DNA of 63,219 nt, the filler included. It is 9 parts of 9 records of this genome, joined end to end, with 100 filler letters (N's around TTAATTAATTAA, not from the genome) between each part and the next. Parts side by side here need not be neighbours in the genome. Positions count along the whole stretch, not along the records: positions 28,633 to 33,997 come from DRR723986_33696; positions 34,098 to 39,589 come from DRR723986_33702; 7 more parts are not named here. The stretch is one strand, 5' to 3'. The position numbers were made by a program, and so were the translations under genes. The notes beneath the pieces are model-generated. The model ran no database searches. It worked only from the letters and a program-made list of their open reading frames with translations, and was not told where the DNA came from. This document shows, in pieces, positions 28,657 to 37,304 of this stretch; the first letter of the stretch is position 1, and every line of letters begins with the position of its first letter.

Positions 28657-28674
28657 GATTATATCTATTACTAT

Positions 28675-29055
28675 TTATTTATCAGACTTAGGTTGAAAAA
28701 TAATGGCATACATATATTTCTTTTTTATTTTAGCTAACGCTCTGTCAGCTTCTAAGCGTGTTGCAAAATTTCCTACCCAAACCTTGTAATTAGGTGTATT
28801 CCATACGATTTCTACAGGCCACTGACCAAAGGAGTTTAAAAAATTAGCTTTTTCTCGTTGAGCTTTGTCAGGATCCGTACTATTGTAAACCTGAATTTTG
28901 TAAATTTTTGAAGTTTTAACGTCTTTTTTATACTCTAAGAGTTTATCAATTGCTTCATCTTGATCAATATTGACTTTTCCTTCTTGGGCATTTATTGAAA
29001 AGGTAAATGCGAAAAGAAAAAATAAGACGCTTAAATATTTGGTTTTTAATGGCAT
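28675..29055 (-). CDS. SPOR domain protein
   Basis: Signal peptide, YKIQVY, PNYKVWVGNFATRLEADRAL. Divergent from actA as in flavobacteria. Confidence 0.85.
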   Translation of the reverse strand: MPLKTKYLSVLFFLFAFTFSINAQEGKVNIDQDEAIDKLLEYKKDVKTSKIYKIQVYNSTDPDKAQREKANFLNSFGQWPVEIVWNTPNYKVWVGNFATRLEADRALAKIKKKYMYAIIFQPKSDK

Positions 29056-29264
29056 AATTCTGTGTTTAAATGCAAAGATATTATAATCAACGTGAATCAA
29101 TAAAATATGTTATTTAGAATAGGTATAAATTAAGTATTAACACTTCTCTAAGATTTCTAAAATCGACTTTATATCTTACTTTTGCGTGAGTTTTTATAAA
29201 CAAGTTTGTTCACTTTTGAACGAAAAAATCGTACCAAAGTTTAGAAGATAATTCAACTAACAAT

Positions 29265-30560
29265 ATGAAACAGGTGATCTACCGTAATATAACCTCAAAG
29301 ATTCTACATTTAGGTTTTATTTTATTATTCACGTTTTCAACCTCACTTACAGCTCAAGATGGCGATCCAGTAAATGGTAAATCGCTCTACAATGCTAATT
29401 GTGCGGCTTGTCATAAATTAGATAAGAAAATGACTGGTCCTGCTCTACGTAATGTGGAGGCAAGATTAGCTGAAGAAGAAGGTTTAGATAGAGAATGGCT
29501 TAATGCCTGGATTAGAAATAGTGCTGCGCTAATTAAAGCTGGTGATGCCTATGCTAATAAAATATATAATGAGTACAATGGTACCGCAATGACTGCATTT
29601 CCGCAGTTGAGTGACCAGGATATTTCAGATATATTAGCTTATACTGCCGCGCCTAAACCAGAGCCGCCTGCACCAATTCCTGGAGCAGAGACTCAGGTTC
29701 AGACCGAAGGTGGAATTTCAAACAATTTAATTCTTGGAGCATTAGCCGTATTATTTGCGTTACTCGCAATGGCATTAATTTTAGTTAAGCGCACTCTGAA
29801 TCGATTTGCCGAGGCAAAAGGTATTGAGACCGTAGCTGAATCAAAACGCACACCAATCTGGAAAGCATTTATTCAAAACCAGTTCTTGGTTTTAGTAACT
29901 GCAATTTTCTTTTTACTTGCAAGCGGATACTTTGTGTATGGTTACTTTATGCAGGTGGGTATAGATCAAGGGTACGAACCAGTACAGCCTATTCACTATT
30001 CGCATAGAATTCATGCAGGTGATAATGCTATAGATTGTAAGTATTGTCACTCCTCAGCTAGAGTTAGTAAGCATTCGGGTATTCCTTCACTTAATATATG
30101 TATGAATTGCCATAAATCGATAGGCGAAGTGGCAGAAGCAACACAACAAGAAGGTATCAATGAATATGGTGTAGACTACAATGCTGAAATCCAAAAACTT
30201 TACAAGGCTGTAGGTTGGGATGATGCAGAACAAAAATATACTGGTGATACAAGTCCTGTGAAATGGATACGTATTCACAACTTACCAGACTTTGCTTATT
30301 TTAATCACTCACAGCACGTTTCTGTGGCTGGTATTGAGTGTCAGGAGTGTCATGGTCCGGTTGAGGAAATGGAGATAATGTATCAGCATGCGCCATTAAC
30401 AATGGGCTGGTGTATTAATTGTCACAGAGAGACAAATGTAAAAGTTAAGGATAATGACTACTATACTAAGATACATGAAGAGTTATCTAAAAAGTATGGT
30501 GTTGATCAGTTAACTGCGGCACAGATGGGTGGATTAGAATGTGGTAAGTGTCATTATTAA
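29265..30560 (+). CDS. actA: Alternative complex III subunit A (monoheme + pentaheme cytochrome c)
   Basis: Six CxxCH motifs (CAACH, CKYCH, CMNCH, CQECH, CINCH, CGKCH) and PVQPIHYSH. Confidence 0.93.
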   Translation: MKQVIYRNITSKILHLGFILLFTFSTSLTAQDGDPVNGKSLYNANCAACHKLDKKMTGPALRNVEARLAEEEGLDREWLNAWIRNSAALIKAGDAYANKIYNEYNGTAMTAFPQLSDQDISDILAYTAAPKPEPPAPIPGAETQVQTEGGISNNLILGALAVLFALLAMALILVKRTLNRFAEAKGIETVAESKRTPIWKAFIQNQFLVLVTAIFFLLASGYFVYGYFMQVGIDQGYEPVQPIHYSHRIHAGDNAIDCKYCHSSARVSKHSGIPSLNICMNCHKSIGEVAEATQQEGINEYGVDYNAEIQKLYKAVGWDDAEQKYTGDTSPVKWIRIHNLPDFAYFNHSQHVSVAGIECQECHGPVEEMEIMYQHAPLTMGWCINCHRETNVKVKDNDYYTKIHEELSKKYGVDQLTAAQMGGLECGKCHY

Positions 30561-30588
30561 TAGAAATTAAGAAGTAATTCAGAATTAT

Positions 30589-33500
30589 ATGTCATCAAAC
30601 AAGAAATACTGGAAAAGTGTTGAAGAGCTAAATGAAAATAGCTCTATTGTTGAGACGCTGCAACAAAATGAATTTGTAGAAGAAATTCCTACAGATGAGT
30701 TTTTAGGCGATAAAGAATCATTAGAGTCTTCATCTACTACGCGTCGTGATTTCTTAAAATACGTTGGTTTTAGTACAGCGGCAGCTTCATTAGCGGCTTG
30801 TGAAGGACCAGTGATTAAGTCAATTCCTTATGTAGTGCAGCCAACGGAGATTATTCCTGGTGTTGCAAACTATTATGCGACTACAGTTGCAGATGGATTT
30901 GATTTTGCAAGTGTTTTAGTTAAAACAAGAGAAGGTAGGCCAATTAAGATTGAGAATAACACCGATGCAGCAACCAATGGAATGGCAAATGCAAGAGTTA
31001 ATGCCTCAATTTTAGGTTTATATGACAACCTTAGAGTAAAATCACCAATGAAAGGTGATACTGCAATTTCATGGGATGCATTTATGTCTGGGACGACTTC
31101 AAAATTAAATGGACTTGGTGATGATAAGAGCATTGTTTTCTTAACACAAACTATGGCAAGTCCTTCTACCAGTAAACTAGTTTCTGAGTTTGCTGAGAAA
31201 TTTGGTAACGTTCAACATGTGGTTTATGATGCGGTTTCCGAATCAGCTACATTAGATGCTTACCAAGCGAAATATGGTTCTAGAGGATTGGCTAATTACG
31301 ATTTTTCTAAAGCAATGACCATTGTTTCAATTGGTGCGGACTTCTTAGGAGATTGGCAAGGTGGTGGCTTTGATTCAGGATATTCATCAAAACGAATTCC
31401 TGACCACGGAAAAATGTCAAGACATATTCAGTTTGAGTCTAATATGTCATTAACTGGTGCTAATGCAGATATGCGTGTGCCTTTAAAACCAAGCGAACAA
31501 AAACTAGCATTAGCTAGATTGTATAGTTATGTTACTGGTAATTCTGTAGGTGGTAGTTCACTTCCAGATGTATTAGAGGCTAAAGTAAAAGCTGCGGCAC
31601 AGGAAATTTCTAAGGCTGGTAGTAATGCGGTAGTTGTAACAGGAATACAAGATGTAAATGCGCAAACTGTTTCTTTAGAAATCAATGAATATTTAAAGAG
31701 TAAAGCTTTTGATCCTAAAACAACAATAAAAACAAGACAAGGTAATAACAATGCTGTTATGCAGCTTGTTGCTGATATGAAGGCAGGCAAAGTAGGTGCT
31801 ATTATCATGAATGGTGTAAATCCTATGTACACATTACCAAATGCTGCTGATTTTGCAGAAGGATTGGGTAAAACGGAATTATCTGTAGCTTTCACAATGA
31901 AACGAGATGAGACCGCTGTAAACTGTGATTTCATAGCTGCAACACCTCATTATTTAGAATCTTGGGGAGATGTAGAAATGAAGTCTGGTCATTATTCAAT
32001 GATGCAGCCTACAATTCGTCCTTTATTTGATACAAAACAATTTCAAGAAGTGCTTTTAGCATGGAATGGGAATAGTTCTTCATACAGAGATTATTTAAAG
32101 TCAGTTTGGACAGCAGATATTTTAAATGGAGCTTCATTTAACAAGGCTGTTCAAGATGGTGTTTTTGTAGTATCTAGCTCTGTTAGTGTTGAATCGTCAG
32201 ATGATTCTACTACAATAATAGATGAACTAGAAACTCCTAGTGGTAATGCGGCTAGGGCTCTTGCATCTTCAGCCAATGGTGGTGCTATGCAGTTGTCATT
32301 ATATACTAAAGTAGGTATGGGTGATGGTCAACAGGCTAATAATCCATGGTTACAAGAATTTCCTGATCCAATTACAAGAACAACTTGGGATAACTACTTA
32401 ACTGTTTCTAAGGCAGATGCTGAAGCAATGGGCTTAGTAAATGAGAATGTTGCCAACGGCGGATTAAATGGTAGTTATGCTAATGTTACTGTTAATGGTG
32501 TTACTATAGAAAATGTACCAGTAATAATTCAACCAGGACAAGCAAAAGGCTCTGTTGGATTAGCGTTTGGTTTTGGAAGAACATCTAGTGCACTTAAATC
32601 AGAGATGCAAACAGGTGTTAATGCATATCCTTTATACCAAGGCTTTAATGATGTACAAGAGGTTACTGTAGAAAAAGCTTCAGGTATGCATGAGTTTGCT
32701 TGCGTGCAGTTGCATAATACATTAATGGGTCGTGGTGACATTATTAAAGAAACAAGTTTAGAAATTTTTAATACTAAGGATAAACATGTTTGGAATAAAG
32801 TTCCAGAAGTATCCTTAAATCATATAGAAACTCCTGTAACATCTCCAGATGTGGATTTATGGGATGAGTTTGATCGTTCAATTGGTCATCACTTTAATTT
32901 ATCAATTGACTTAAATGCTTGTACGGGTTGTGGAGCTTGTGTAATAGCTTGTCATGCAGAGAATAATGTTCCTGTTGTTGGTAAGACAGAAATGAGACGA
33001 AGTAGAGATATGCACTGGTTGCGTATTGACAGATATTATTCATCTCAGGATTCATTTGAAGGTGACAATGAAAAGAAAGAGAATATTTCTGGATTAGGAA
33101 GTTCGCTTAGTGAATTTGGAGAAATGGAAAGTCCTGCTGAGAATCCTCAGGTAGCATTCCAGCCAGTTATGTGTCAGCATTGTAATCATGCACCTTGCGA
33201 AACAGTTTGTCCGGTTGCAGCAACTGCACATGGTCGTCAAGGTCAAAACCATATGGCATATAACCGTTGTGTAGGTACAAGATACTGTGCAAACAACTGT
33301 CCTTATAAAGTACGTCGTTTCAACTGGTTCTTATATAATAAGAATGATGAGTTTGATTATTACATGAATGACGATTTAGGTCGTATGGTATTAAACCCAG
33401 ATGTTACAGTTCGTTCACGTGGTGTTATGGAAAAATGCTCATTCTGTATCCAGAAGACTCAGAAAACAATTTTAGATGCTAAGCGTGATGGACGAGTTGT

Positions 33501-33696
33501 GAAGGATGGAGAATTCCAAACAGCATGTTCAGCAGCATGTGGAAATGGCGCCATGGTATTTGGTGACATAAATGACAAGGAAAGTAAGATTGCTGAGTTA
33601 AAAGAAGATAATAGAGCGTATCACTTATTAGAACATGTTGGGACAAAACCAAATGTGGTTTACCAAACTAAAGTAAGAAATACAGCTAAAGCATAA
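30589..33696 (+). CDS. actB: Alternative complex III subunit B (TAT-variant molybdopterin-oxidoreductase-like + Fe-S domain)
   Basis: KKYWKSVEEL leader, RRDFLK, and Fe-S motifs CTGCGACVIAC, CQHCNHAPCETVCP and CVGTRYCANNCPY. Confidence 0.95.
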   Translation: MSSNKKYWKSVEELNENSSIVETLQQNEFVEEIPTDEFLGDKESLESSSTTRRDFLKYVGFSTAAASLAACEGPVIKSIPYVVQPTEIIPGVANYYATTVADGFDFASVLVKTREGRPIKIENNTDAATNGMANARVNASILGLYDNLRVKSPMKGDTAISWDAFMSGTTSKLNGLGDDKSIVFLTQTMASPSTSKLVSEFAEKFGNVQHVVYDAVSESATLDAYQAKYGSRGLANYDFSKAMTIVSIGADFLGDWQGGGFDSGYSSKRIPDHGKMSRHIQFESNMSLTGANADMRVPLKPSEQKLALARLYSYVTGNSVGGSSLPDVLEAKVKAAAQEISKAGSNAVVVTGIQDVNAQTVSLEINEYLKSKAFDPKTTIKTRQGNNNAVMQLVADMKAGKVGAIIMNGVNPMYTLPNAADFAEGLGKTELSVAFTMKRDETAVNCDFIAATPHYLESWGDVEMKSGHYSMMQPTIRPLFDTKQFQEVLLAWNGNSSSYRDYLKSVWTADILNGASFNKAVQDGVFVVSSSVSVESSDDSTTIIDELETPSGNAARALASSANGGAMQLSLYTKVGMGDGQQANNPWLQEFPDPITRTTWDNYLTVSKADAEAMGLVNENVANGGLNGSYANVTVNGVTIENVPVIIQPGQAKGSVGLAFGFGRTSSALKSEMQTGVNAYPLYQGFNDVQEVTVEKASGMHEFACVQLHNTLMGRGDIIKETSLEIFNTKDKHVWNKVPEVSLNHIETPVTSPDVDLWDEFDRSIGHHFNLSIDLNACTGCGACVIACHAENNVPVVGKTEMRRSRDMHWLRIDRYYSSQDSFEGDNEKKENISGLGSSLSEFGEMESPAENPQVAFQPVMCQHCNHAPCETVCPVAATAHGRQGQNHMAYNRCVGTRYCANNCPYKVRRFNWFLYNKNDEFDYYMNDDLGRMVLNPDVTVRSRGVMEKCSFCIQKTQKTILDAKRDGRVVKDGEFQTACSAACGNGAMVFGDINDKESKIAELKEDNRAYHLLEHVGTKPNVVYQTKVRNTAKA

Positions 33697-33724
33697 ATTT
33701 AATTAAAGAATCAATTATATAATT

Positions 33725-33997
33725 ATGGCGTCTCATTACGAAGCACCTATTAGAAGACCTTTAGTAACCGGAGAAAAATCGTATCACGATGTTACTGTAG
33801 ATGTAGCAAGACCGGTTGAAGGCAAAGCCAACAAAGCATGGTGGATTGTTTTTAGCATTGCTTTGGTCGCATTCCTTTGGGGAATAGGTTGTATTATTTA
33901 TACCATATCAACGGGTATTGGAGTTTGGGGTCTTAATAAGACTGTAAACTGGGCTTGGGATATTACTAACTTCGTTTGGTGGGTTGGTATTGGTCAC
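33725..33997 (+). CDS. actC: Alternative complex III subunit C (NrfD/PsrC family), 3' truncated
   Basis: MASHYEAPIR...GIGVWGLN...WAWDITNFVWWVGIGH. Confidence 0.93.
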
Positions 33998-34391
33998 NNN
34001 NNNNNNNNNNNNNNNNNNNNNNNNNNNNNNNNNNNNNNNNNTTAATTAATTAANNNNNNNNNNNNNNNNNNNNNNNNNNNNNNNNNNNNNNNNNNNNTGC
34101 TTCTCATTGCTCTGATTTGTGTTGGTTTTGTATTGCAAAGCCTTGCAAAACAAAGACAAATCATGATCGACGTCAAAAGATAAGCTTAAGACCAATACAC
34201 TGCAAGTTGGCAATGCTGTCCCCAGTTTGTCCCCACTTAGCTTGAAAGCTCGGTGATATCGGGACCAGCTGAGCTCTGCAAAATTTGTTCATTGCTTTGG
34301 CTTTCAGGCATTACGACCTCCGCAGCTTCGATTTTTACATGCTTGCGGAGATGTGGCGTCGCCGCATGCAATAGCTCGAAGCGAGTGAGTT

Positions 34392-35033
34392 CTATTTCGC
34401 CATGTCCCCAATAAACCTACCGACTCGTAGGCCATCGATTTGATGTTTGGGGTATTTGACATACCTCAACAAACCAATTCGCAAATAGGCACTGTATCCG
34501 ATGCGGCGGAATCCCATTCTCCTAATGCTTCGCAATGCTCGCCAGTTCGTCCACTCAGTCGTTGAAAGCAGATGTTCTGTATCGCGTAGATGCGCTGCCA
34601 GCGACCGGAGCATTACTGCGTATAGCCTCTGTCCCCGAAAATCTGGCTCGACAAATACGCTGTAGATGAATAACCAAGCTGGCGGTAGATACAGTGGCAG
34701 TCCAGCCTCAATATCACCATCATGATTCATGTCAGCGTCCACCCCATGTTCGGTCGCACAAAGGCAGGCGATGAGTTGTCCATCGACCGAGACCACTACC
34801 CGCCAACTGTAACCATTGCGTGTAGCAATCTCCGAAGATATTGAGGTAGTTCGAGCGTCGGACGTATATGGTTCGTTCGGAGCTAGAACGATGACTTGAA
34901 ACCCGTCGGGTGAGGGCTGACCAAGTTGCTGCCCCTCGACCACATCTTGTGTTGCAACGACGTTCCACTCATTTACGGAAGCTACCCCGCATCTTCCCAT
35001 GAGGCGATATACAACTTTGGCTAGAATCTTCAT
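34392..35033 (-). CDS. GNAT-family N-acetyltransferase-like protein
   Basis: VFVEPDFRGQRLY (motif A-like) and NWRALRSIRRMGF (motif B-like). Confidence 0.65.
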   Translation of the reverse strand: MKILAKVVYRLMGRCGVASVNEWNVVATQDVVEGQQLGQPSPDGFQVIVLAPNEPYTSDARTTSISSEIATRNGYSWRVVVSVDGQLIACLCATEHGVDADMNHDGDIEAGLPLYLPPAWLFIYSVFVEPDFRGQRLYAVMLRSLAAHLRDTEHLLSTTEWTNWRALRSIRRMGFRRIGYSAYLRIGLLRYVKYPKHQIDGLRVGRFIGDMAK

Positions 35034-35172
35034 CGACGATCCAAGATCTGGTGTAACAAAATCACCGCATCGCCCGAGCTAGGCCAATGAAGCTCTAGTG
35101 ACGACATTCGCAGAAACGTTTCGCAGCGACGATCGATGCTGACGTGTAGACGCAGCGATCTGTGCTATCGCG

Positions 35173-36045
35173 CTACTCAAAATCAGGTGGTACGATTCCT
35201 CGCGTGGCCAGCATCGCCAAATACTTGTTTGGCGCGGCTTGTAGTCGTTTCGCGCAGCCTGCGCAGCATATGTAGACCGACTTGCCATTCACGTTGACCT
35301 TTTGAGGAGCCCCCATGCCGCCGAGCTCTTCATCCATCACTGGGCATTTCTTTTGAGCAGCGATCGCATCTGCATCTGCGAGCGTTGCCTCAAAGACTCC
35401 GGGGCGAACCTCCTTGCCCTTGGCGGAGTAGTACTTCGCCAGGTACTCATCCGGCTTAGCCTCGATCTTTGCAGAACATGGCTCGCAGCACACGAACAAC
35501 GGCTTTCCTTTGACCACGATCTTTGGCGGCTTGCCCATTGCGCCAAGCGGCTTTCCCGTGACCGGACATGTCTTTTGTAAACTGATGAGCATTTCATCGC
35601 TGACTTTGCTTGTGAGCTTACCCATCGTGTGGAACTTGACAGGTTGATCATCGATTCCATCGAGCACCACTTCCATGTGAAGCATCCTGCCTTTCAGTTT
35701 CGCGAGATCGATAGCAGCACCGATCCCACCATTCTTGAGAGCCTGCAACCGCAGAGTGTACTCCTTCGGTTTGTCGCCGATCTTCAACTTCAAGACCCCC
35801 GCAGCTTCAGGAGCCTTAAGCATTTGGCCATCTGTGTCGCTGACCAAAAAGAAGATGCCCTTTTCTTGCACAAGCGTCTCGATTTTAAGAGCGCCAACCG
35901 TTTGGAGCGTTCCACCGTTAGGACCCTTTGGTGAATCGGCGGAAGACGGGCTGGTGGCATTCGAGTGTTGATGCTCTTGAGCCTGCAAGCTTGGAAGACT
36001 CAAAGCCATCAGGAGAGCTAGCGATGTAGTGAAGTGACGTGTCAT
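35173..36045 (-). CDS. Exported metal-binding protein with two TRASH/YHS-like CPV...CCxxC domains
   Basis: Signal peptide, HQH, GPNGG, CPVTGKPLGAMG...VCCEPC and CPVMDEELGGMG...ICCAGC. Confidence 0.8.
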   Translation of the reverse strand: MTRHFTTSLALLMALSLPSLQAQEHQHSNATSPSSADSPKGPNGGTLQTVGALKIETLVQEKGIFFLVSDTDGQMLKAPEAAGVLKLKIGDKPKEYTLRLQALKNGGIGAAIDLAKLKGRMLHMEVVLDGIDDQPVKFHTMGKLTSKVSDEMLISLQKTCPVTGKPLGAMGKPPKIVVKGKPLFVCCEPCSAKIEAKPDEYLAKYYSAKGKEVRPGVFEATLADADAIAAQKKCPVMDEELGGMGAPQKVNVNGKSVYICCAGCAKRLQAAPNKYLAMLATRGIVPPDFE

Positions 36046-36089
36046 TCTAAAATCCTTTGATTAAATCGACAGAGGCAAGAGTAAGTGAA

Positions 36090-37304
36090 CTAGCGAATCA
36101 AGGGAGCTTCGACTCCCTGCTGCTCAAGACTACGAAGGTACTTCTCTGGTTGAGAAGCAATCCGTTTCGCGCAGCCAGGACAACAGATGTAGATTGCTTT
36201 GCCTGCGGCGTTGACTTTGTAAGGACCACCCATCGCATCCAGCGGCTCATCCATGACGGGGCATCGCTTTTGAGCGGAAATGAAAAGCTCGTCGTCTTGG
36301 GAGACTTTGAAGACCCCAGGCCGGACCTCGTTTTCTTCGAGCCCGACAGTACGATTCGGAATTTGAACTGGTCGCGTCGCTTTTTCAGGGGTTTCGGTCA
36401 TCGCAGAAGCCGGGAAGGAGCCATAAACCATCTCCAAATACTTGAGCGGCTCCGCCTCGATCTTCTTGACGCAGCCTTTGCAGCAGAGATACACCGGCTT
36501 ATCACCGATCATCACTTTCTGCGGCTGGCCCATACCGCCGAGAGGTTCATCCATTACTGGGCATACTCTTTGCCGTGCAATTGCTTCTGCGTCGACTGCC
36601 GTTGCTGTTGAAACAAGAATGCTAGGCTTGCCGGTCGCAAACTTGGCTGGATTGCGTTCGATACTCTTCACGCATGCGGAACAACACGCGTAGACGGTTG
36701 ATTTCCCAACTGATACCGCGACGGGTGTCCCCATGCTGCTTAGGCGTTTGCCTGAAACGGGACAGATGCCTTGCCGGGCGACAGCTGCGGCCGCAAGTTG
36801 TGTCTCACTCGGAGCTACCGTAATCACATCACGGTATTTCAAGGTACCTGTCGGCGTCAGCCTTGAAGGTAGTGAGGCCACAAGGACTTCGATCTCGACC
36901 TGTTTTCCTTTCAAGCGAACCAGGTTGACGTTCGCGACTAACGTTGTCTTGCCCTCCGGCAACAGGTCAAAGCGATAGCGTTTTGTGTCGCCAGCAGTCT
37001 TCAGCATGACGACTCCTCTAGCGTCGGCTATACGCAGATCCTGTTCGTCCGTTTCCAACAGAAGCTGAATTCCAGAGTCACGAATGACAGTTTCGATTTG
37101 GAACGAACCAAAGTCACGGACCATTCCTGAGCTACGACGTTCTTCGTTAGAGGCCGTAGTTGGCGATTGAGCTAGATGTTCTGCAATCTGCCTCGGGGCT
37201 CGGGCGAGTGCGGGCAGAACCAAAGCAAGCACGAGAATTAGGCTACTTAGACATCGCATCCTTGCGACTCCTTCGAACGGGACAATGAACGATTCCAACC
37301 TCAT
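36090..37304 (-). CDS. Exported metal-binding protein with three TRASH/YHS-like CPV...CCxxC domains
   Basis: CPVSG...CCSAC, CPVMD...CCKGC and CPVMD...CCPGC. Start is either the ATGA overlap with the cusA stop (37304) or MRCLSS at 37259. Confidence 0.8.
   Translation of the reverse strand: MRLESFIVPFEGVARMRCLSSLILVLALVLPALARAPRQIAEHLAQSPTTASNEERRSSGMVRDFGSFQIETVIRDSGIQLLLETDEQDLRIADARGVVMLKTAGDTKRYRFDLLPEGKTTLVANVNLVRLKGKQVEIEVLVASLPSRLTPTGTLKYRDVITVAPSETQLAAAAVARQGICPVSGKRLSSMGTPVAVSVGKSTVYACCSACVKSIERNPAKFATGKPSILVSTATAVDAEAIARQRVCPVMDEPLGGMGQPQKVMIGDKPVYLCCKGCVKKIEAEPLKYLEMVYGSFPASAMTETPEKATRPVQIPNRTVGLEENEVRPGVFKVSQDDELFISAQKRCPVMDEPLDAMGGPYKVNAAGKAIYICCPGCAKRIASQPEKYLRSLEQQGVEAPLIR

Noticed and set aside
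29265-33997. Alternative complex III as a novel respiratory system
   Set aside because: Well-characterised and standard in Flavobacteriaceae, with the expected gene order.
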